A stretch of 64,000 bases of DNA, taken from positions 1-64,000 of the forward strand of contig CAVXTP010000009.1 in assembly GCA_963764715.1 (NCBI GenBank), in the 5' to 3' direction. Below are positions 56,041 to 64,000 of this stretch, one piece after another. A program made the position numbers and the translations under genes. Origin of the DNA: an uncultured Acidobacteriota bacterium (GTDB lineage Bacteria > Acidobacteriota > Thermoanaerobaculia > UBA5066 > Gp7-AA6). Below the pieces are notes generated by a model. It ran no database searches. It had not been told where the DNA came from and worked only from the letters and a program-made list of their open reading frames with translations. Each line of letters starts with the position of its first letter. Position 1 is the stretch's first letter.

Positions 56041-56781
56041 GTGAGAAAAACGCTTCTCTTCCTCGCCGCGATCGTGATCTCCGCGAGCGCCCTGCAGGCC
56101 GCGGACGAGGCGACCGTGCGCGTCTACGTCCTCAAGCACAAGCGGGTCGAAGAGGCGGCGCTGCTCATCCGAACGAGCCTCTCCGAGTCGGCCTCGATCA
56201 CCCTGACGCAGAAGCTGAACGCGATGACGGTGACCGACCGCCCCGAGAAGCTCGACCAGATCGGCCGCGTGCTCGCCGCCTTCGACGTGCCGCCGCGCGG
56301 GTTCACCTTCGCGGTCAAGCTCGTGCGCGCGCGGGCCGACGTTCCCGAGGGCTCGATCGCCCGCGAGATCGGCGGCCTCGGGGCGAAGCTGAAGTCGATG
56401 TTCCAGTTCAACGACTACGCCCTGATCGACTCGGTCGTCCTGCGGACGACCGACGGCGGCCGCGTCGAGAGCCAGCTCGGCGACGAGTTCATGCTCTCGT
56501 TCACGGTGCGGACGGCGGGCGCCGGCAACGAGCTCCTGCTCTCGCCCTTCGGCCTCTCCAAGGTGTACAAGTCCACGGCCAAGGGCGGCGCGGTGTTCAT
56601 GCGGCCGCTCTACCGCTCCTCGATGCCGGTGACGCTCTCGCAGACGCTCGTCGTCGGCGCCTCGAAGGAGGAGCGGTCGAAGAGCGCCCTCATCCTCATC
56701 CTCCACGCCCAGGAGCTGCCCCGCGGCGACGTCCCCGAGAAGGGCGTCGCCGGCGGGACGACCGTGGAGAAGAAGCCGTGA
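56041..56781 (+). CDS. Periplasmic protein with secretin-N (NolW)-like domain
   Basis: Signal peptide; VYVLKH..NAMTVTDRPEKLDQI..FDVPP. Confidence 0.7.
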   Translation: MRKTLLFLAAIVISASALQAADEATVRVYVLKHKRVEEAALLIRTSLSESASITLTQKLNAMTVTDRPEKLDQIGRVLAAFDVPPRGFTFAVKLVRARADVPEGSIAREIGGLGAKLKSMFQFNDYALIDSVVLRTTDGGRVESQLGDEFMLSFTVRTAGAGNELLLSPFGLSKVYKSTAKGGAVFMRPLYRSSMPVTLSQTLVVGASKEERSKSALILILHAQELPRGDVPEKGVAGGTTVEKKP

Positions 56782-57993
56782 GCGAGTTCCGGGTCAAGGC
56801 CGGGTGGCCGGACGGCTCGGTGGCGGAGCAGTCGGTCGTCGCCGCGGACCTCGGCGCGGCGCGCCTCGAGGTCGAGCGCCGCGGGCGGGCACGTCTTCGA
56901 GGTCCGGCGCAAGGGCCTTTCGCTCGCAGGACCGCGGACCAGGGGCAAGGGCCGCATCAAGATGGCCGACTTCCTGATCTTCAACCAGGAGCTGATCGCG
57001 CTGCTGAAGGCGGGGCTCCCGGTCGTGCGCTCCTTCGAGATCCTGCTCGAGCGCCAGAAGAGCCCGGTCCTGCGGCGGGTCCTGACCGACGTGCGCGAGC
57101 GTGTCAACTCGGGCGCGTCGATCTCCGAGGCCTTCGCCGAGGAGGGCGACCTCTTCCCGCGCCTCTACTGGACGTCGCTGAAGGCCGGCGAGAAGTCGGG
57201 CGAGATCGAGGCCGTCCTGCGCCGCTACCTCAAGTACCAGAAGACCGTCATCGCGCTGACCCGCAAGGTCGTCTCGACGCTCGTCTATCCCGTCATCCTG
57301 ATCGCGCTCTCGGCGCGTGCTGATCACGATCCTGATGACCTTCGTCATCCCGCGCTTCACCGAGTTCTTCGCCGACTTCGACGCCGAGCTTCCGCTCCTG
57401 ACGGTCGTCGTGCTCGGAATCGCGAACGTTCCTGCGCCACAACTTCCTGGTCATCGGGGCGGCCGTCGGCGGCGGGGGCTTCCTCGCCTGGCGCTGGTTC
57501 CAGACCGACCGCGGGGCGCGTCTGGCTCGACGGGGCGATCCTGAAGCTGCCGGTCGTCGGCGGGATCTTCCGCCGGTTCGCCATCACCCAGTTCACGCGG
57601 AGCCTCGGGACGCTGCTCGGCGGCGGCACGCCGCTGGTGCCCGCCCTCGAGAACGCCTCCGACGCGATCGGCAACCGGTCGGTCTCGATCAAGGTCGCGA
57701 GCGTCGTGCCGCGGGTCCGCGAGGGCCGCGAGCTCTGGAAGGCCCTCGAGGCGACCGGCATCTTCACCGACCTGACGATCGAGATGATCAAGGTCGGCGA
57801 GTCCTCGGGCGCGCTCGAGGAGATGCTCGCCGCGACCTCGGAGTTCTACGACGAGGAGATCGACCTGCTGCTCGCGCGGGTCATCTCGTTCGTCGAGCCG
57901 GCGATCCTCGTGATCATGGGAGGCGTCATCGTGACGATCCTCCTCTCGGTGTACCTGCCGATGTTCCGGCTCATGTCGGCGATCAAGTCGTGA
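56778..57993 (+). CDS. Type II secretion system F family protein (several frameshifts)
   Basis: FNQELIALLKAGLP, AGEKSG, VGESSGALEEML, VYLPMF. Confidence 0.88.
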
Positions 57994-58030
57994 GGATGGG
58001 GAGGCGGCACACGGATGGTCCGTCCCGGTT

Positions 58031-58090
58031 CGTAGGGGCGGGGCTTGTCCCCGCCCCCTCCGCCGGGCGGCGGCAGGGGTCGCCCCTACG
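58031..58090. repeat. GTAG-family REP doublet (REPIN)
   Basis: CGTAGGGGCGGGGCTTGTCCCCGCCC ... GGGCGGCGGCAGGGGTCGCCCCTACG inverted pair. Confidence 0.85.
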
Positions 58091-58129
58091 ACCGGAGCCG
58101 TGCGGATTCCGGCAATTGGAGAAGGTGCC

Positions 58130-59749
58130 ATGGCCAAGCAGCTGAAGGACGAAGTCCGGTTCTCCTCCCGCGCGGAGGAGGAGGCGCAGGCGATCGCGCT
58201 CGCCGAGCGGCTCGGCCTGCCGTACGTCGACCTCGCCTCCTTCCGCGTCGACGCCGACCTCTTCCGGTCGATCCCGGTCGAGTGGATGCTCCGCTACAAC
58301 TTCGTGCCCGAGAGCAAGACCGACCGCGTCATGACGATCATCTGCGCGGACCCGACGGACGTGGTGCGCCTCGACGAGCTCGAGCTCCACATGGGACTGC
58401 CGCTCCGGCTCAAGGTCGGCAGCCGCGCGTTGATCGGGGATCTTCTCCAGAAGAGCGAGTCCTCGCAGCGGGTCCTGGACGAGGCCACCGAGGATTTCCG
58501 GATGCAGCTCGTCTCCGAGGACGAGGAAGGCGAAGAGACCCTGACGATCGGCTCGATCACCCAGGACGCCTCGCCGATCATCAAGCTCGTCGACTCGGTC
58601 GTCTTCAACGCGATCCAGCGGCGCGCCTCGGACATTCACATCGAGACGCAGGAAAACGTCGTCATCATCAAGTACCGCATCGACGGCGTCCTGTACCAGG
58701 CCATGGACCCGATCGACAAGCGGCACCATGGCACGATCATTTCGCGCATCAAGGTCATGTCCGAGCTCGACATCGCCGAGAAGCGCGTTCCCCAGGACGG
58801 CCGCTTCAAGCTGCGGGTGCGCGGGCGCACGATCGACTTCCGCGTGTCGATCATGCCGACCGTGCACGGCGAGGACTCGGTCATCCGCATCCTGGACAAG
58901 GAGTCGGCCAACGCCGAGTTCAAGAGCCTCAACCTCGAGGTCGTGGGCTTCGACGTCGAGACCAAGAAGAAGCTCCGCAAGTTCATCCGCGAGCCCTACG
59001 GCATGGTCCTCGTCACCGGGCCGACCGGCTCGGGCAAGACGACCACCCTCTACGCCTGCCTTTCCGAGATCCAGACCGTCGAGGACAAGATCGTCACGAT
59101 CGAGGACCCCGTCGAGTACCAGCTCCGCGGGATCACCCAGATTCCGGTCAACGAGAAGAAGGGCCTGACCTTCGCCCGCGGGTTGCGGTCGATCCTCCGC
59201 CACGACCCCGACAAGATCATGGTCGGAGAGATCCGCGACGAGGAGACCGCGCAGATCGCGGTGCAGTCGGCCCTCACGGGCCACCTCGTCTTCACGACCG
59301 TTCACGCCAACAACGTCGTCGACGTGCTCGGCCGGTTCCTCAACATGAAGGTCGAGCTCTACAACTTCGTCTCGGCCCTGAACTGCGTGCTCGCCCAGCG
59401 GCTCGTCCGCAAGATCTGCCCGCACTGCAAGGAATCGGTGACGATCCCGGCCGAGGCGCTCCGCGAGGCCGGCCTCGACCCCGAGGCCATGAAGTCGAAG
59501 ACCTTCTACGAGGGCAAGGGCTGCCTCGAGTGCGACGGCACCGGCTTCCACGGCCGGATGGCGATCGCCGAGATCCTCGACCTCTCGGACCGGATCCGGG
59601 GCCTCATCCTCGAGCGCCGCCCGGCCGCCGAGATCAAGCGCGCCGCGAAGGAGGAAGGCATGATCTTCCTGCGCGACGCGGCGCTCGCCAAGGTCTTCGA
59701 GGGGACGACGACGCTCAAGGAAATCAACAAGGTGACCTTTGTCGATTAG
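58130..59749 (+). CDS. GspE/PulE family secretion ATPase
   Basis: ASDIHIE, PQDGRF, GPTGSGKTTT, LRHDPD. Confidence 0.95.
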   Translation: MAKQLKDEVRFSSRAEEEAQAIALAERLGLPYVDLASFRVDADLFRSIPVEWMLRYNFVPESKTDRVMTIICADPTDVVRLDELELHMGLPLRLKVGSRALIGDLLQKSESSQRVLDEATEDFRMQLVSEDEEGEETLTIGSITQDASPIIKLVDSVVFNAIQRRASDIHIETQENVVIIKYRIDGVLYQAMDPIDKRHHGTIISRIKVMSELDIAEKRVPQDGRFKLRVRGRTIDFRVSIMPTVHGEDSVIRILDKESANAEFKSLNLEVVGFDVETKKKLRKFIREPYGMVLVTGPTGSGKTTTLYACLSEIQTVEDKIVTIEDPVEYQLRGITQIPVNEKKGLTFARGLRSILRHDPDKIMVGEIRDEETAQIAVQSALTGHLVFTTVHANNVVDVLGRFLNMKVELYNFVSALNCVLAQRLVRKICPHCKESVTIPAEALREAGLDPEAMKSKTFYEGKGCLECDGTGFHGRMAIAEILDLSDRIRGLILERRPAAEIKRAAKEEGMIFLRDAALAKVFEGTTTLKEINKVTFVD

Positions 59750-60671
59750 GGTCCCCTTCCTGAGGCCGGTCGTCGCGCCGCACGTCTTCTGTCTCCTTCC
59801 CGAAGGCGTGACGTACGCCCGCGTGGGCTCCGGAACGCCGCCGGGCTTCGAGGAGGTCCGGCACTTCCGATACCCGGCGGGCTCGGCCGTCGCGGGACCC
59901 TCCGGGGCTTCGCTGCCGACGCGCGAGGCGATCGCGGAAGCCGTCAAGGCGGCGCGGGCGCTTTCGGGCGGCCGCCTCGCGCGCGCTTCCGTCGTCTTTC
60001 CGGACGCCTGGGCGCGCATCCTGCCCGTCGAGCTCGAGACCATGCCCGATCAGTCCGACGCGGGCCGCGACGTGGTCCTCTGGAAGCTCAAGAAGCTGCT
60101 GCCGGGGCACCCGACGGACCTCGCGATCGTCTACGAGCCGATGCCGGAGCTGGCGGCCGACGAGAAGCGGGTCCTCGTCGCCGCGGTGCCGAAGGAGACC
60201 GTGGACGCGATCGAGCACGCCTTCGAGGAGTCCGGCGTGCGGGTCGGGTACCTCGCGCCGGCGAGCCTCGCGCTCTTCGAGGGCCTGTCGCGGACGCTCT
60301 CGGGCGCGGCGGCCGGCGACTTCGCCCTGCTGCATCGGACCTCCGGCGCCATGTCCTTCTTCATCGCCCGCGGAACGACGCCGATCTTCTATCGGCAGCG
60401 GCCCTCGCAGACCGACGACCCGCAGGACCACGATCGCGAGGCGCGGCTGTCGCTCTCCTACTACGCCGAGAAGCTGAAGGGCCCGGGCCTCGCGGCCGTC
60501 TACGTCCACGACGAGCTGCCGGACGGCGGCCTCGCGTCGATCGGCGCCTTTCCGGTGCCGGCGGTGCCGCTCTCCGGGCGACTCTTCGAAGCCGACGCGG
60601 CCTTCGACGAGCGCCTTGCGGCGCGGCCGGAGCTGCTCGCGGGATTCGCCGCGGTCTGGGGGGCGCGGTGA
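59739..60671 (+). CDS. PilM/GspL-like protein
   Basis: Follows the ATPase; cytoplasmic actin-like pattern (assigned from context). Confidence 0.65.
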   Translation: MSIRVPFLRPVVAPHVFCLLPEGVTYARVGSGTPPGFEEVRHFRYPAGSAVAGPSGASLPTREAIAEAVKAARALSGGRLARASVVFPDAWARILPVELETMPDQSDAGRDVVLWKLKKLLPGHPTDLAIVYEPMPELAADEKRVLVAAVPKETVDAIEHAFEESGVRVGYLAPASLALFEGLSRTLSGAAAGDFALLHRTSGAMSFFIARGTTPIFYRQRPSQTDDPQDHDREARLSLSYYAEKLKGPGLAAVYVHDELPDGGLASIGAFPVPAVPLSGRLFEADAAFDERLAARPELLAGFAAVWGAR

Positions 60672-61285
60672 GCCGGAGCTGGAACTTCGCGCGGCGGCCC
60701 TTCCAGGACGACCGCCCGATCTACGTCGGAAGCGGCCTGCTCTTTCTGCTGGGCGCCGTGCTCCTCGTGGCGAACCTCCGGGTCTTCACCGAGTACCGGC
60801 GCTCGGTCGCCGACACGCGCGCCGAGATCGCGGCCCTCGAGGACCGGCAGCGGCGCGCCGACCAGAAGGCCGAGGCGGCGAAGGCCGGCGCTCTCGGCGT
60901 ACAAGCTGTCGGCGCTCGCCGACGAGAGCCGGGGCCTCGCGCGCCTCGTCGCGGAGCGGCGCTTCTCGTGGACGGCGCTGCTCGCGCGGCTCGAGCGCGC
61001 GCTGCCCTCCGACGTGGGCCTCGCGCACCTGCAGCCGCGCTTCGAGAAGGACGACGAGGTCGCGCTCGAGATGCAGCTCTACGCCCGCAAGCGCGAGGCC
61101 GTCGTGGCGACGATCGCGGCGCTCTCGAAGGACCCCGCGTTCGGCGAGGTGGACCTGAGGAGCGAGACCGCCGCCGAGCCCGGCGCCCCGAACCCGTTCC
61201 AGTTCATCCTCTCGACGCCGTACGAGCCCGATGCGGGCCACGGCGAGCACGCGGCGCGCCGGCGCCGAAGAGGACCCGGCCGTGA
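60668..61285 (+). CDS. PilN-like protein (frameshifted)
   Basis: NFARRPF, TM, coiled coil, FSWTALLARLERALP. Confidence 0.7.
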   Translation: MSRSWNFARRPFQDDRPIYVGSGLLFLLGAVLLVANLRVFTEYRRSVADTRAEIAALEDRQRRADQKAEAAKAGALGVQAVGARRREPGPRAPRRGAALLVDGAARAARARAALRRGPRAPAAALREGRRGRARDAALRPQARGRRGDDRGALEGPRVRRGGPEERDRRRARRPEPVPVHPLDAVRARCGPRRARGAPAPKRTRP

Positions 61286-61929
61286 GCCGCATCCCGGCCG
61301 CCTGGCGGCGGAGGCTGCCGCTCGCGGCGGCGGCCGTCCTGTTCGCCGCGGCGAACCTCGTGTTCTTCGGCGAGCTTTCGGGCCAACACGCACGAGCGCC
61401 GGCAGGCGCTCGAGGCCCGCCGGGACGAGCTGAAGCGGGCCGTCGAGGCGCGCGAGGCCGAGGCCGCCCGCCTGTCGGGCCAGCACGAGCGCCTCTCCGG
61501 CGTCTCCGAGGCCATGAAGGAGTTCTACGGCCGCCGGATCGGCACGCAGGAAGCGACGCTCGCCGGCGTCGTCGCCGGCCTCCACGAGGCGCTCAAGGAG
61601 AGCGGAATCGAGGCCAACCAGATCTCCTACGCGACCACGGCCGTCACCGGGCTCCCGCTGACGCAGATGCGCGTCGCGTTCCCGGTCAAGTGCGACTACT
61701 CCCGCTTCAAGAAGCTGCTGCGGACCTTCGAGACCGGCAAGCGCTGGATCGCCGTCCGGAGCGTCTCGATCGGCCGCGACTCCGAGCAGCCGGGCGTCGT
61801 CTCCGTCCAGATGGAGCTCGTGACCTACTTCAGCGACCGCGACGAGGCCCCGGGAACGACCGGCGCCCGCCGCGCCCGGAGTCGCCCGCCCGCGCCCGCG
61901 GCGCCGTGCCCGCGCGGAGGACCGGCTAG
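61282..61929 (+). CDS. PilO/GspM-like protein (frameshifted)
   Basis: TM, coiled coil, PVKCDYSRFKKLL. Confidence 0.68.
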   Translation: MSRIPAAWRRRLPLAAAAVLFAAANLVFFGELSGQHARAPAGARGPPGRAEAGRRGARGRGRPPVGPARAPLRRLRGHEGVLRPPDRHAGSDARRRRRRPPRGAQGERNRGQPDLLRDHGRHRAPADADARRVPGQVRLLPLQEAAADLRDRQALDRRPERLDRPRLRAAGRRLRPDGARDLLQRPRRGPGNDRRPPRPESPARARGAVPARRTG

Positions 61930-62568
61930 ATGGCGAAGGTCGCCCTCGGCACGCGGCGCCAGGCCCTGACGTTCCTCGCCCTCGGCGTCGTGCTCGTGCT
62001 CGCCGTCGTGCGCTGGAATTCGGGCGGGGGCAAGCAGGGGCCGCCTCCCGGGCGACCCGGCGAAGAAGAGCGCGGTCCCGGGGCCGGCCGCGATCGAGGA
62101 GGAGGCGCCGGCCGCGCGCGGCGGGCGGCGCTCGGCCTCGACGAAGATCGTCTCGCCCGACGAAGTGCCGGTCATCGATCCCAAAGACTTCGACGTGCCT
62201 CCGGGAAGGGAGCGTCGGACCGGGCCGCGACCTCTTCGACCTCCGCGAGCCGACGCACGCCGCCGCCTCCGACGCCGACCCCGCGCCCGCCCATGCCGGG
62301 CGAGCCGAGCTACATCGGGCCGCTGCCACCGCCGCCTCCGACGCCGACGCCGAGGCCGCCGGAGGTCACGTTCAAGTTCGTCGGCAGCTTCGGCCCGAAG
62401 GACCGTCCGATCGCGGTGATCCAGCAGGGCGACGAGGTCTTCAACGCCCGGGCGGGCGACACCCTGTTCGGCAAGTTCGTACTCCGTAAGGTGGGATACG
62501 AATCGATCGACGTCGGATTCGTGGGCTTCGACCCGAACGAGACGCGGCGGCTCCCGATCACGCCATGA
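61930..62568 (+). CDS. Pro-rich PilP/GspC-like membrane protein (frameshifted)
   Basis: TM, PPPPTPTP linker, FKFVGSFG..AVI..GDTL. Confidence 0.62.
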   Translation: MAKVALGTRRQALTFLALGVVLVLAVVRWNSGGGKQGPPPGRPGEEERGPGAGRDRGGGAGRARRAALGLDEDRLARRSAGHRSQRLRRASGKGASDRAATSSTSASRRTPPPPTPTPRPPMPGEPSYIGPLPPPPPTPTPRPPEVTFKFVGSFGPKDRPIAVIQQGDEVFNARAGDTLFGKFVLRKVGYESIDVGFVGFDPNETRRLPITP

Positions 62569-62574
62569 AGAAGA

Positions 62575-62650
62575 GCAGACGGCAGACGGCGGACGGCGGA
62601 CGGCAGGGAGATTCGATCTCCTGCCTCCTGCTTCCTGCCTCCTGCCTCCT
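62575..62650. repeat. Heptamer repeats (GCAGACG/GCGGACG)n and (CTGCCTC)n in opposing orientation
   Basis: Four plus four units flanking a short spacer. Confidence 0.8.
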
Positions 62651-62674
62651 CGGACCGAAGAGAGGACACTCAGG

Positions 62675-64000
62675 ATGAAGCTTCTGGAAGCGGAGCGTCG
62701 CGGCGCTGATGTGCGTCGTCCTGACCGCCTGCGCGGGCTCGACGGCCTATCAGCAGGCGAAGGACGAGGAGGCGGTCGGGCACTGGGACCTCGCGGTCAT
62801 GCAGTACGTCGAAGGCCGTCGAGAACGACCCGAGGCAACGCCTCCTACAAGGTCGCGCTCGAGCGGGCGAAGCGCAAGGCCTCGCAGGTCCACTTCGAGA
62901 AGGGCAAGATGTACCGGGCCTCGGGCCGGCCCGATCTCGCCGTCGTCGAGTTCGCGCAGACCGTCCTCCTCGACCCGACCAACGACTACGCCGTGGCCGA
63001 GCTCCGCAAGTCGGAGGCCGAGGCCGCCAAGCAGGAAGCCGAGCGCTCCGCCGACTCCAAGATGCAGACGCTGAAGAAGAAGACCAAGGGGGCGCGCGCG
63101 GTCACGCCCATGCTCGAGCCCTCGAGCGACCGGCCCATCAACCTCAACTTCCCGCAGCCCAAGCCCATCAAGCAGATCTACCGGGCCCTGGCGGACGCCG
63201 CCGGGATCAACGTCGTCTTCGATCCGCAGCTCAAGGACGACAACGTCTCGATCGTCCTGTCCTCGATCGACTTCCAGAAGGCGCTCGAGACGCTGCATCC
63301 GGCAGGAGAACCACTTCTACAAGATCATCGACGAGCACACGATCCTGATCGCCGCCGACACCCCGCAGAACCGGAAGACCTACGAGGACCTCGTCATCCG
63401 GACGTTCTTCCTGTCGAACGCCGACGTCACCGAGGTCGCCAACGCCCTGCGCGCGCTCCTCCAGACGACGCGCATCTCGGTCAACAAGGCCGAGAACTCG
63501 ATCACCCTGCGCGACACCGCCGACAAGGTCGCCGTGGCCGAGCGCATCGTCGAGCAGAACGACAAGCAGGTCGCCGAGGTCGTGGTCGACGTCGAACTCC
63601 TGCAGATCAACGCGACCAAGGCGCAGAACCTCGGGCTTCAGCTGGTTCCCCGGGCGGTCGGGGCCCACGATCCCGTCGCCCGGCACGGGCGTGACGAATC
63701 TCGGGGCGACGGTCGCCAACGGCTTCACGTGGGACCAGCTCCAGCAGATCGGGATCAAGTCGTTCGGCTTCACGATCCCGTCGGTCGTCCTGACGTTCAT
63801 CAAGGACAACAGCGACGCGGAGCTGCTCGCCAAGCCGCAGCTCCGGATCGCCGAGGGACAGAAGGCGCAGCTCTTGATCGGCGACCGCGTCCCGATCCCG
63901 GTGTCGAGCTTCAACACCTCCAACGTCAGCGGCTCGAACGTCGTGCCGGTCACGTCCTACCAGTACCAGGACATCGGCATCAAGATCGAGGTCGAGCCCC
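62675..64000 (+). CDS. TPR-containing secretin (GspD/PilQ-like), frameshifted, 3' truncated by the window
   Basis: Lipobox LTAC, TPR region, GINVVFD, RTFFLSNAD, LLAKPQLRI..IGDRVPI..YQDIGI. Confidence 0.85.

Overview
High-GC bacterial chromosome window. The pilB-pilT-pilC-pilS-pilR order, TPR-secretin cluster and lipid A/heptose genes suggest Acidobacteriota, Thermoanaerobaculia-like (inference). Many single-base frameshifts after ~40 kb look like long-read errors. Positions ~2-28.6 kb form a general-stress/desiccation-type island: Ku, stand-alone LigD phosphoesterase, metallothionein, SOD, ferritin-like, BON, DUF1328, DUF5670, DUF6496, DUF2231, Fet4-like, pyridoxamine-oxidase-like, AI-2E, a hydrophilin and four sensor kinases. 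Main observation: almost every transcription unit in the island has a correctly oriented sigma54 -24/-12 motif (GG-N10-GC). I found 20 in the island and 2 outside by eye, plus 2 GG-N10-GA variants, often back-to-back with little or no room for enhancers. In the middle sits a receiver-AAA+ sigma54 activator with no DNA-binding domain, translationally coupled to a 75-aa stand-alone HisKA-like protein. This suggests an enhancer-independent, phosphorelay-driven sigma54 general stress regulon. Two of the promoters fire into structured non-coding regions (candidate sRNAs). The window also holds gene remnants (in-frame N+C fusions of DUF6766 and FabF; cytochrome c, HAD and GH15 fragments) and pseudo-enzymes. 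The rest is housekeeping/envelope: ABC exporter, moeA, galU, type IV pilus, LPS core/lipid A, ECF sigma/anti-sigma, a T2SS/T4P-like operon, and REP-like and heptamer repeats.
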